Of a DNA stretch of 64,000 nt, positions 29,770 through 39,103 are shown one piece after another. This DNA is from Cyanophyceae cyanobacterium. GTDB lineage: Bacteria; Cyanobacteriota; Cyanobacteriia; Cyanobacteriales; JBHJGN01. Each line of letters opens with the position of its first letter. The stretch's first letter is position 1. The stretch is taken from assembly GCA_050331735.1 (NCBI GenBank), contig JBHJGN010000011.1, positions 64,001-128,000 of the forward strand. Reading direction: 5' to 3'. Under the pieces are notes generated by a model that saw only the letters and a program-made list of their open reading frames with translations, searched no databases and was not told the origin of the DNA. Both the position numbers and the translations under genes were made by a program.

Positions 29770-29921
29770 GTCCCGCTAGAGACGGGGAAACGGTCGCGTT
29801 CGCGACGGGGAAAGAACCCAGGATTAAGGAACAAACTTTCTAACCCCCCCTTTCCCCCTTCCCCCTTCCCCCTTTCCCCGTTGCGAAGCAACTTTTTCCC
29901 CTTTCCCCGCGCCGCAGGCGC
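29770..29921 (-). repeat. Dispersed repeat family 1, copy B
   Basis: Core at 29806-29846 (reverse complement) differs from copy A at 2/41 nt. The element starts 1 nt after the sigD stop. Confidence 0.88.
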
Positions 29922-30037
29922 TCCAGGGCGGAGAACGCGGTAATCGGGGTTCGGTTCACCTAACACTTGAAGTTGGTTAGAGTTGTTATTCTAACTATCA
30001 AGAACGAATTCATAACCTCAATTAGGAGACGCTTTTC

Positions 30038-30376
30038 GTGAATAACGCATCCAATCGTTCTCAAGGTTTTCTTGGCGGTGACAGTGAGTCCCATCTCAAC
30101 CTGTGGCAATACGTTCAGTCTCTCAATCCAGAAACCATTGCTCAGCTTTCTAAGCCGGAGTCGAATGAAGTATTTCAGGTGATGGAGCGCAACATTATTG
30201 GGTTACTCGGTAACCTGCCCTCAGAACACTTTGACGTGAATATTAATACTAGCCGCGAACACCTGGGTAGACTGCTGGCTTCAGCGATGATGAGCGGATA
30301 TTTTTTGAGAAATGCAGAGCAGCGGATGAACTTTGAAAAGGCCCTACAGGGAATTCCCTCTTCGCCAGAGGAGTAG
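30038..30376 (+). CDS. DUF760 family protein
   Basis: LWQYVQSLNPETIAQLSKP...MERNIIGLLGNLP...LLASAMMSGYFLRNAEQR. AGGAG RBS upstream of the GTG start. Confidence 0.85.
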   Translation: MNNASNRSQGFLGGDSESHLNLWQYVQSLNPETIAQLSKPESNEVFQVMERNIIGLLGNLPSEHFDVNINTSREHLGRLLASAMMSGYFLRNAEQRMNFEKALQGIPSSPEE

Positions 30377-31472
30377 GGCGCTGTCTGCTGAACTCGAATT
30401 ACCCGGCTCGGTTGTCACTCTGAGGCGATCGCTCCTCGACTGGTATCGCCAGCAGGGTCGTTCTTTGCCGTGGCGACAGCAGCAAGACCCCTATGCCATC
30501 TGGGTGTCTGAAGTGATGCTTCAGCAAACGGGAGTCAAAACGGTGATTCCCTACTACCAGCGGTGGCTGGAGCAATTTCCCACCGTTACTTTTCTTGCCA
30601 ACGCTCAGCTACAGACCGTTCTCAAAGCGTGGGAAGGGCTGGGCTACTACGCCCGCGCTCGCAACCTGCATCGCGCCGCACAGCAGATTGTTGACCAACA
30701 CAACGGCCTGTTTCCCTCCCAGCTAGAGGAGGCGATCGCCTTACCCGGCATCGGTCGCACGACAGCAGGAGGCATTCTCAGCGCCGCCTTTGCTCAACCC
30801 GTCTCGATTCTAGACGGTAACGTTAAGCGAGTGCTGTCTCGATTAGTGGCTCTGTCTATACCGCCTGCAAAAGCCAATCAGCAGCTCTGGCGGCTGTCGG
30901 ATACTCTCCTCGATCCCCACAATCCTAGAGACTTTAATCAGGCGATCATGGACCTAGGAGCCACCGTTTGTACTCCCAGTCGTCCTCACTGTCTGCTTTG
31001 CCCTTGGCAAAACGAGTGTCAGGCGTACAATAGAGGCATTCAAAATCAACTACCTATGCGTGAAGCGACTTCTCCTCTGCCCCACAAGCGAATTGGTGTG
31101 GCCGTCATTCTCAACGACCAAGACCAAATTCTAATTGACCGCCGCCCCGCCAAAGGCCTGCTAGGAGGACTGTGGGAATTTCCGGGTGGCAAAATCGAGC
31201 CCGGAGAGACGATTCCAGAATGTATTAAAAGAGAGATCTTAGAAGAGTTGGCCATCGACATTGAGGTAGGCGAACACCTCATTACTATCGACCACGTCTA
31301 TACGCACTTCCGGGTCACTCTAGCGGTGCACTACTGTCGTCACCTCGCCGGCGTCCCTCAACCCATCGAATGTGACGAAATCCGCTGGGTCACGCTAGCA
31401 GAGATCGACCAGTTTCCCTTCCCAAAAGCCAACAGCAAAATTATTGCCGCCCTCAAAAATCGCTCCGCCTAG
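30333..31472 (+). CDS. mutY: A/G-specific adenine glycosylase MutY with C-terminal Nudix (MutT-like) domain
   Basis: WVSEVMLQQT, WEGLGYYARARNL, LPGIGRTTAG HhH motif, DGNVKRV, CX6CX2CX5C Fe-S motif, WEFPGGKIEPGE...REILEE. True start is uncertain. Confidence 0.93.
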   Translation: MKRPYREFPLRQRSRALSAELELPGSVVTLRRSLLDWYRQQGRSLPWRQQQDPYAIWVSEVMLQQTGVKTVIPYYQRWLEQFPTVTFLANAQLQTVLKAWEGLGYYARARNLHRAAQQIVDQHNGLFPSQLEEAIALPGIGRTTAGGILSAAFAQPVSILDGNVKRVLSRLVALSIPPAKANQQLWRLSDTLLDPHNPRDFNQAIMDLGATVCTPSRPHCLLCPWQNECQAYNRGIQNQLPMREATSPLPHKRIGVAVILNDQDQILIDRRPAKGLLGGLWEFPGGKIEPGETIPECIKREILEELAIDIEVGEHLITIDHVYTHFRVTLAVHYCRHLAGVPQPIECDEIRWVTLAEIDQFPFPKANSKIIAALKNRSA

Positions 31473-31641
31473 TCCCTGCGGGACGGGGAAGCTGTCCCTG
31501 GCGGGACGGGGAAGGGGGAAAGGGAAAACTGTCGCGTTCGCAACGGGGAAAGAACCCAGGACTGAGGAACAAACCTTCTAACCCTCCCTTTCCCCCTTCC
31601 CCGCGCCATCGGCGCTTCCCCTTTCCCCGCAGCTTCGCTGC
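31472..31641 (-). repeat. Dispersed repeat family 1, copy C
   Basis: Core at 31544-31584 differs from copy A at 3/41 nt. The element abuts the mutY stop and contains five mini-hairpins. Confidence 0.88.
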
Positions 31642-31723
31642 TTTTACGTCCGTCGCCTGATGGCTGATGCGACCAGCAATGAAATAATACTGAGTAGAGT
31701 ACAACATTGCCTGAGTCGAATTC

Positions 31724-33283
31724 ATGACACTAAAGCGGTTAATTTTGATCGTGCTGACGATCGCCTCGCTCATTCCCGTCGTCTTTTCGTTGGGAGGGAG
31801 CCTCAGCCAGCCTCAGGTGCAGGCGCGTCTACAGCTCTATCAAACGAACCTTGTCCTTCAGGCTTCCGAGTTTATTCCAGAAAGCTTGCAGCAGCGCAGT
31901 CCCTCGGATTTAACCGCTGCTCGGGATGCTTTAATTGGTAGCGATCCGTATTCGGCGGCCCAAGAACAGTACCAGGAAGCTCTTCAGGTGGCTCAACAAG
32001 GTCGCTCGAGTCTTCAGGCTCAGCTTCAGTCGCTAGCTGGTAGCCAAGCAGATGACGTCCCCGCTCTTGAACGCCAAACAGTCCCCATCGTTGAAGGGGA
32101 GAGTACTCAACAGCTACAGCAGGCCATGACCAAGCTGCAAGAGTTTATCAACGAGCTGCGGCTCAACATTGGCATTCTCCAGGCTCAACAGCAGGAGCAG
32201 GAAGCGGCTTTTTCTACCTGGAATGAAGTTAATCTTCAGCCCGACCGACCAGCGCAATCTCAGACGGCACGAGCTTTGATCGGTTTGTGGAGCGAGCCTC
32301 CGCAGATTCTGCCGGAATCTGAAAGCTTGTTCGAGCAGACGCTCACTGGCTGGTTTCAAACTCGCGCTCTCAAGCAGCTTTATCAAATCCAGGAGCAGGA
32401 ATTAGCTCAGCTTCGCTCCCAAGAGCAGCAGCTCGCCCAACGAGCGGTAGTCAAACTGGCGTTAATTGGTGGAGTTCCTTTTGTCGGGGGCGTCATCGGG
32501 GTTGGTATTCTGATTGTGTTGCTTGTTCAATTGTTTGTGCAAAAAGAGCGATCGCTCCTGGCTGCAAACGTGAATACCTGGGAAACTCCCTGGAACTGGG
32601 AAGTGATCTGGCAAGTACTCATTGTCGGGTTCTTTTTTATTAGCCAAATTTTATTACCTGTATTGTTTACTGTCCTCGGTTTCAGCCCAACTGGTTTAAG
32701 TCTGCGTTTCAAGGCGGTTTACATCCTAGTCAGCTACCTGCTCGTCGCCGTTGGGGGGCTACTGGTGCTGTATCTGTCCCTCAAACCATTTTTTCCCCTA
32801 CCCAAGTTCTGGTTTCGCTTTCAGTGGATGGGAAACTGGATTGTCTGGGGAGTTGGCGGTTACTTGGTCGCTCTTCCGCTCGTGGTCATTGTATCTTTGC
32901 TCAATCAGCAAATTTGGCAGGGACAAGGAGGCAGTAATCCACTCTTATTTCTAGCTCTCCAGGCCCAGGATCGAGTGGCGTTAGCAATTTTCTTTTTCAC
33001 GGCCTCTGTCGCCGCTCCCCTGTTTGAGGAAATGATCTTTCGGGGCTTCCTGCTCCCGTCTTTAACTCGTTATCTTTCCGTTTGGGGGGCAATTGTTGTT
33101 AGTAGTCTCGTGTTTGCCCTCGCTCACCTCAGTCTTTCTGAAGTACTGCCGCTCACGGTCTTAGGCATTGTCCTCGCCGTTGTCTACACGCGCTCCAAGA
33201 ATCTGTTGGCGTCTATTCTCCTACACAGCTTGTGGAATAGCGGTACGCTCATTAGCTTATTTATCTTGGGCAGTAGTGGGTAA
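31724..33283 (+). CDS. CPBP (CAAX/Abi) family intramembrane protease
   Basis: PLFEEMIFRG, FALAH and LLHSLWN motifs; N-terminal TM and helical domain. Confidence 0.9.
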   Translation: MTLKRLILIVLTIASLIPVVFSLGGSLSQPQVQARLQLYQTNLVLQASEFIPESLQQRSPSDLTAARDALIGSDPYSAAQEQYQEALQVAQQGRSSLQAQLQSLAGSQADDVPALERQTVPIVEGESTQQLQQAMTKLQEFINELRLNIGILQAQQQEQEAAFSTWNEVNLQPDRPAQSQTARALIGLWSEPPQILPESESLFEQTLTGWFQTRALKQLYQIQEQELAQLRSQEQQLAQRAVVKLALIGGVPFVGGVIGVGILIVLLVQLFVQKERSLLAANVNTWETPWNWEVIWQVLIVGFFFISQILLPVLFTVLGFSPTGLSLRFKAVYILVSYLLVAVGGLLVLYLSLKPFFPLPKFWFRFQWMGNWIVWGVGGYLVALPLVVIVSLLNQQIWQGQGGSNPLLFLALQAQDRVALAIFFFTASVAAPLFEEMIFRGFLLPSLTRYLSVWGAIVVSSLVFALAHLSLSEVLPLTVLGIVLAVVYTRSKNLLASILLHSLWNSGTLISLFILGSSG

Positions 33284-33284
33284 G

Positions 33285-33493
33285 GCAGCTTGCGCTGCGG
33301 GTAAGGGGAAAGGAAGGGACTTAACAGTGAGCAATTAATAGTGCTCAAATCAGCTAGTTATCCCATTTACTGAAAGTAGTTAGACAGTTCCCCAAACTAA
33401 CCAAGAGTTAAAGGTTCAAAGGCAAAGACTCGCTGTGCGTACGCGCAGCGGTTTCTCCTTTCCCGTCCCGTTCGCGGTTGGAAGGGCGATCGC
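33285..33493 (+). repeat. Composite repeat: mini-hairpin plus purine arm, family-2 core (33372-33438) and pyrimidine arm
   Basis: GCAGCTTGCGCTGC directly after the stop, then a GGGGAAAGGAAGGG arm and a core matching 22322-22388. Confidence 0.7.
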
Positions 33494-33573
33494 TTAGAAT
33501 AGCTATTTTTTTACATTAACTATATACTTTATGAAGAAATTGCCGCCATCTCAATAGGTGAAGAGGTCTCTCT

Positions 33574-35850
33574 GTGAGCAAGCAAACGCAAGACTTCCAA
33601 TTAGACGAAGCCGAAGAATTCTACGAGGCTCCCAACAGGCCCAATTTCAACAGATATTTTAAGATATTTCGCCGTAAGGCAGTTCTCATTGCCGGAATTA
33701 CAGGATTATCAACCTTGGTGGCGTGGCTTGTGACTTTAAGAGAGCCTTTCTACTATGCGGGCAAGTTTCGTGTGCTGCTTGAGCCGGTAACTTCCGCTGA
33801 GAAACTGACCGAACCTTCTACTCTGGCGCGAACGGGCGGAGTCCCTAACGAAGAATTACTCAGCGTAGACTATCCGACTCAACTGGAAATTTTAAGAGGT
33901 CCAGGGATGCTGCTCGAGATCGCTGAACAAGTGCAGTCCCAAGAGCCAACGGTTGATGTTAGCAGTTTGCTAGGTAGCCTACAGGATAACCTCTCGGTGC
34001 AGCGCGTTGGCGGCGAGACTCGACGAGACGATACCAAAATTCTGGAAGTTACCTATACAGGCGTAGACCCCAAACTGACCCAATTAGTTCTAGAAGCAGC
34101 CGCTCAGCAATATTTAGACTACAGCATTGAAGAACGGCAGACGAGAATTAGCGCCGGAGTGGGATTTATTGACGAGCAGGTTCCCGAGCTTCAAGAACGC
34201 TTGTCGGAGCTACAGGCCCAACAAAAGCAGCTCCAGCAAGAGTATCAGCTCATCGATCCCAATTCTAGAGGTCAAGAACTGTTTTCTCAGGTTCATCGGC
34301 TCACCGAGCAACAGTTAGAAGTCCAAACTCAACTACAGGAGCTGAAAACGCTTCGCGATACTTTACAAGCTAAGCTGAATCTGTCTCCCGAAGAGGCCAT
34401 GACCGCTTCATCTCTCAGCCAAGATCCGAACCGCGCCGCCCTTCGATCGCAGCTTCAGGAAGTTGAAAGCCAAATTGCCGTTAACTCGGCTCGCTTTACC
34501 GCCGACAATCCAATTCTGCAAGAACTTCAGGAGCAGCGACAAAATCTTATTGACCTACTCGACGCTAAAACTGAGCAAATTATCGAGCAAAGCCCTATTT
34601 CTGTAGATGACAGATCGCCAGCGTTAGGGTTTCAGGATAACACTCGCTTGGCGTTGATTAAGCAACTGGTTGATACCACCAATCAGATTCAGGTGCTGGA
34701 ATCTCGCTATCAATCTCTGACAGAATCTAAAACAAGCTACGAAAATCAAGCACAGGATTTTCCAGAAGTCGTTCGTCGTTACAACGATCTAGAGAGTCAG
34801 GAAGCGCTGACAAAACAAATTCTCGATCAGCTTCTGACTCAGCGCGAAACGCTGCGCGTGGAAGTGGCTCAAAACGAAGTTCCTTGGGAACTGCTCGGCG
34901 AGCCGCGCATTGCTCGCAACGAAGACGGTGAACCAAAAGCGTTTCCTCCCGATAGTACAAGGATCCTGGTGGCTGGAGCAATGGCTGGCGTTTTGTTAGG
35001 CTCTGCCGCTGCTATCCTGCTTGAAAAACGACAAGACATCTTTTATAAGCCTCAAGATGTTCAAGATTCTCTGGCGCTGCCGCTTCTCGGGGAAATTCCC
35101 ATCGACGACCGCTATTCATCTCCCAAGTCAACCGCTAGTATCTTTGCTAAAGACGGTGACGGTTTTTTCACAGAATCGTTTGAGAGTCTCTACACGAAGC
35201 TGAGTTTCCTCTTTACCGATCCGTCAGTGCGCTCTCTCGTCGTTAGTTCGGTAGAGCCGCAGGAAGGGCAAACGACCGTAGCCGTTTACCTAGCAAAAAT
35301 AGCGGCGACGGCAGGAAAGCGCGTTCTCCTCGTTGACGCTAACTTGCAGGAGCCGCAGCTTCACACCTGGTTGAATGTGAAGAACTATCGAGGTCTTAAT
35401 CAGCTTCTTTCCGGTCAATTGCCGGACGAGAAATATATTCAGCAAACTGAAATTGATAATCTGAATGTGTTAACTACTGGTGCTGCTCATCCTCATGGCT
35501 CTAAGCTCTGGTCTACTCAAATGGAGCTGGTGATGGAGACTCTCCAGGCGCAGTATGACCTGGTTATTTACGATCCCCCTCACTTTTTTGATTCTACGGG
35601 CATCAATTTCCTCGCGGCGCGAACAGACGGCATTTTGCTGGTACTGGAAATAGCCAAGACAAGCCGCTCTCTAGTTAAAAAAGCAGTAGAGCAAATCAAC
35701 GCTTTTCGACTCCCTGTGTTGGGAGTGGTAACGAACGAGGCTGTCCCAGTTTCCGATTCAGTTGAGCCACTAGACGTAAATCAAAGCGAGCGATCGCAAA
35801 CAACAGTCGGTTCAAGAATTGCGAATGATGTTGATGTCTCTCCAACCTAG
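33574..35850 (+). CDS. Wzc/GumC-type polysaccharide co-polymerase with degenerate BY-kinase domain
   Basis: Wzz N-terminal TM, coiled coil, second TM (GAMAGVLLG), LPLLGEIP, ESFESL, SSVEPQEGQTT, VLLVDANL, VIYDPP. Confidence 0.9.
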   Translation: MSKQTQDFQLDEAEEFYEAPNRPNFNRYFKIFRRKAVLIAGITGLSTLVAWLVTLREPFYYAGKFRVLLEPVTSAEKLTEPSTLARTGGVPNEELLSVDYPTQLEILRGPGMLLEIAEQVQSQEPTVDVSSLLGSLQDNLSVQRVGGETRRDDTKILEVTYTGVDPKLTQLVLEAAAQQYLDYSIEERQTRISAGVGFIDEQVPELQERLSELQAQQKQLQQEYQLIDPNSRGQELFSQVHRLTEQQLEVQTQLQELKTLRDTLQAKLNLSPEEAMTASSLSQDPNRAALRSQLQEVESQIAVNSARFTADNPILQELQEQRQNLIDLLDAKTEQIIEQSPISVDDRSPALGFQDNTRLALIKQLVDTTNQIQVLESRYQSLTESKTSYENQAQDFPEVVRRYNDLESQEALTKQILDQLLTQRETLRVEVAQNEVPWELLGEPRIARNEDGEPKAFPPDSTRILVAGAMAGVLLGSAAAILLEKRQDIFYKPQDVQDSLALPLLGEIPIDDRYSSPKSTASIFAKDGDGFFTESFESLYTKLSFLFTDPSVRSLVVSSVEPQEGQTTVAVYLAKIAATAGKRVLLVDANLQEPQLHTWLNVKNYRGLNQLLSGQLPDEKYIQQTEIDNLNVLTTGAAHPHGSKLWSTQMELVMETLQAQYDLVIYDPPHFFDSTGINFLAARTDGILLVLEIAKTSRSLVKKAVEQINAFRLPVLGVVTNEAVPVSDSVEPLDVNQSERSQTTVGSRIANDVDVSPT

Positions 35851-36647
35851 CTAAAGACAATCGCCATTAGCGATTGACCAGCTAAGGAGAAGACTTGGCG
35901 GTGGCTGCATCAACGCAGAGGTCATCGATGTGTTTCGGTAGAGATACATCAGTCCTTGTCGTTGCTTTCTGCCGCAGCGAATACCCGTTTGATTAGCAAT
36001 ACCCGCTAGTTGTCTAACAAACAATTAACATTTCCAATCTTGATGTTAGCAAGCGTTAGCTTTACAAAGTTGTGGTACTATTGTTGGAGTTTATCAACGT
36101 TTAGGTGTAAAACTATACAAAAATAGCTCAAAATGAGAAATTTTAAAGTTTTCTCCTGATGACTAGTGTTTCGTCGCTAGTGATTAGAATTACTGGGAAG
36201 AACTAAACAGTTAGTATAGAAAACCGACATAGAAAGGCAGGATACTTTACCGAAGTGTGCAAGCTAATTCATCCAATTGCTTACTATTGCCTCCGCATAC
36301 CTTACTTCTTTTCTGAAAGTCATCAAACCTTAATTAAAACTGTAGTTAAGATCACACGATCTCGCCCAGGAATTAACAATCTTTTATAAAATGTAGGGCG
36401 TTGGAACTGAAAGAGCAAGTTAGCTTTTTAGCGTAGGAAGTTCAAAAAGTAACAAAGTACTCCAAATTGTGAAGCAATGGCTCAAGCAAATGATCACAAG
36501 AAAAATGTGGCCACTAGAAAAATAGTCGATAAAGTTGTTAGATAACGTACAGTCACAAAAGCTGATAAAGGCTAGCATTTTTTTGTCTGCGATCTTTTTG
36601 ACCGATGTAGCTCAATCAATTTTCCGCTGCCACTAACAATTTTGATT

Positions 36648-37805
36648 ATGAACAGCAACAGCACCAGAATACTCAATATTGACATCAGCAATACCTCAAA
36701 GCAGCAGTTACTGGCAGAAATTAAGAAAGGCGGAGTACTACTAACTCCTAACGTCGATCATATGGTAAAGCTGCAGAAAGACCCCGAATTTTATCGAATT
36801 TATACTAAGGCGGATTATGTCGTTTGCGATAGTAAAATTCTTCTTTGGGCTTCTAAGTTTTTGGGTTGTAAGATACAAGAAAAAATATCCGGGTCTGATT
36901 TTTTCCCTAGCTTTTATCGTTACTATAAATACGACGAGAGTATTAAAATCTTTTTGCTAGGGGGAGCCGTTGGTGTCGCAGAATTAGCAAAACAACGAAT
37001 CAATCGGAAAGCAGGCCGTCAAATCGTGGTTGCGGCCCATTCTCCATCCTTTGGCTTTGAAAAACAGCCAGCAGAATGCCGAGAGATTGTTGACTTGATC
37101 AACCAATCCGGAGCTACCGTATTGGCCATTGGAGTGGGCGCACCTAAGCAGGAAAAATGGCTCTATAAGTACAAAGACCAGCTCGGAAACATCCAAATCT
37201 TCTTGGCCATTGGGGCTACCATCGATTTTGAGGCTGGTTTTTATCAAAGAGCGCCGAAGTGGATGAGCGAGGTAGGCTTAGAGTGGCTGCACCGATTTGT
37301 CTCTGAGCCAAAGCGGTTATGGCGGAGATACTTAGTAGAAAGCCTGCCTTTCTTCTGGCTCGTGCTTCAGCAGAAGATGAATTTTTATCGATATAAGAAG
37401 CCGATTGGTTTAGTTTTACAAGAGGCAGACCTGCTCTCCCCAGAACAGGTAGAGCAGATCCTTGAGAGTCAAGCTGCCAGCGGACAGCGGTTTGGGGAAA
37501 TTGCGGTTCGGAAAGGATGGCTTGCTCCTCAGACCATTCATTTTTTTACGACCGAGATACTCAAACTCGCTCAGCAAGAGCCAAAGCCGATTGGTCAGTA
37601 TTTGAAAGCAGCAGCCTTACTAGATAATCGGCAGATTTATGCCGTTTTGGAGGAGCAAAAACGGATTCGTCGTCCCTTTGGTGAGATTGTTGTGCAAAAA
37701 GGGTGGCTCAGTCGTCAAACTATTGACTTTTTCCTCGCGCTGACGACCTCTCACTCTTGTCCTGTCAGCTCACCAGTAGACGACTTTGCTTTACAGTCGA
37801 ATTGA
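36648..37805 (+). CDS. WecG/TagA/CpsF (GT26) glycosyltransferase with C-terminal tandem MshEN-like repeats
   Basis: TPNVDH, ISGSDF, GVGAPKQEKW, IGATIDF, RAPKWMSEVGLEWLHRF..EPKRLWRRY, then two KPIG..L...LL....Q...(R/P)FGEI...KGWL..QTI.FF units. Confidence 0.9.
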   Translation: MNSNSTRILNIDISNTSKQQLLAEIKKGGVLLTPNVDHMVKLQKDPEFYRIYTKADYVVCDSKILLWASKFLGCKIQEKISGSDFFPSFYRYYKYDESIKIFLLGGAVGVAELAKQRINRKAGRQIVVAAHSPSFGFEKQPAECREIVDLINQSGATVLAIGVGAPKQEKWLYKYKDQLGNIQIFLAIGATIDFEAGFYQRAPKWMSEVGLEWLHRFVSEPKRLWRRYLVESLPFFWLVLQQKMNFYRYKKPIGLVLQEADLLSPEQVEQILESQAASGQRFGEIAVRKGWLAPQTIHFFTTEILKLAQQEPKPIGQYLKAAALLDNRQIYAVLEEQKRIRRPFGEIVVQKGWLSRQTIDFFLALTTSHSCPVSSPVDDFALQSN

Positions 37806-37830
37806 ACTCCCTTCCTCTCAGGCGCTTCTC

Positions 37831-38958
37831 CTATTTTGCCCACGGCATTGGTTCCATTGGCTCGAAAGACGACGTGAGCCGGTAGGAAGACCCGGTTTCT
37901 AGAGCATTGTGAATTGCCAGCACAATTTCGTTAATATGCAAAGAATACTGAGCCGACAGCCGACAGGGACGCTGTTCGGTAATGGCGGTGGCTAGTTCTG
38001 CCACGCCGCGACAGTAGTCCATCTGCTGAGACGCTTTGGTTCGGAGTTGAGAGCGGTTGCCAACTAGCGGCACTTTCTGACTCCAGGGAGTGAGAATCAT
38101 CTTGCGCCGAATGGTCAGGCGACGCTTAATATAAACCGGAGAGCGGTAGTACCAGCAGTCATCGGTATAGAGAATTCCCTCATCGCCGATAACCTGTAGC
38201 GAATGGTCGTGGGGCGCAACGATGCCGCAGGTCAATCGGGCCACCACGCCAGAGGAAAATTTAATACAGGCTACTGAAAAATCTGGAGACTGTCCCTCTA
38301 GGGAAACGTCGGTTTGCTTGTCGGGAATCAGGCACGACGAAAACGCTGTGACCAACTCTGCTGGTCCAAAAAAAGCCGTCAGCCAGGTGATATAGTAGCC
38401 AGCGTGTTCTAGGGTACAGCCGACTTCAAATTCATCTTTATACGGCCAGGGAATGCCCGACTCGCTGAGCCACTTTTGATAGGGCATGCGATGCACCAAC
38501 CCGTCATCCATTTCGGCATAGACCAGCCGGACAGACCCCACTGCTCCCTCGCGCAAGGCTTTCCAAACCGTTTGCGCGGTTTCGCTTAGAACGTTACAAG
38601 GAGCGGACGCAAGGGATAAACCGCGCTGTTCGGCCAAGGCCACGAGCTGCTCGGCTTCGGCTAGGGTCATCCCCAGAGGCTTTTCGGAGTAAACGTGTTT
38701 GTCGGCTGCCAAACACGCCCAAGACACAGAGAAGTGACTGCTGGGGTTGGTTAAGTTTAAGACCAGCTCCACGCGCTCGTCGGCAAGCAGCTCTTCGAGG
38801 GAACGGTAGTGAAAAAGCGATCGCCGAGCGGCACAGCGAGCGGCTCGCTCCTGATTGCGGTCCATGACCCCCACTAACTCTAGCTCTGGATGGAGTGGGA
38901 GCGTACTGAGGTAATAGTCAGCCACAAAACCACACCCAACAATGGCAATACGCATCAA
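37831..38958 (-). CDS. Gfo/Idh/MocA family NAD(P)-dependent oxidoreductase
   Basis: RIAIVGCGFVA, LNLTNPSSH, KHVYSEKP. Confidence 0.9.
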   Translation of the reverse strand: MMRIAIVGCGFVADYYLSTLPLHPELELVGVMDRNQERAARCAARRSLFHYRSLEELLADERVELVLNLTNPSSHFSVSWACLAADKHVYSEKPLGMTLAEAEQLVALAEQRGLSLASAPCNVLSETAQTVWKALREGAVGSVRLVYAEMDDGLVHRMPYQKWLSESGIPWPYKDEFEVGCTLEHAGYYITWLTAFFGPAELVTAFSSCLIPDKQTDVSLEGQSPDFSVACIKFSSGVVARLTCGIVAPHDHSLQVIGDEGILYTDDCWYYRSPVYIKRRLTIRRKMILTPWSQKVPLVGNRSQLRTKASQQMDYCRGVAELATAITEQRPCRLSAQYSLHINEIVLAIHNALETGSSYRLTSSFEPMEPMPWAK

Positions 38959-39103
38959 TCCTTCTTCCGATTCATTCCACGAACTAATATATCAGTCTGC
39001 TTTCCGGTTGAGATTGACGATCTGTAACAAGACTCAACAAAATTGCACTCGGGTCATCGGCTAAGATCGCAGTAGGTTTGGGTATAGGGTGGATTCATAC
39101 AGC

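Noticed and set aside
28185..31641. CRISPR array
   Set aside because: The repeats are kilobases apart and in both orientations, with no regular spacers and no cas genes.
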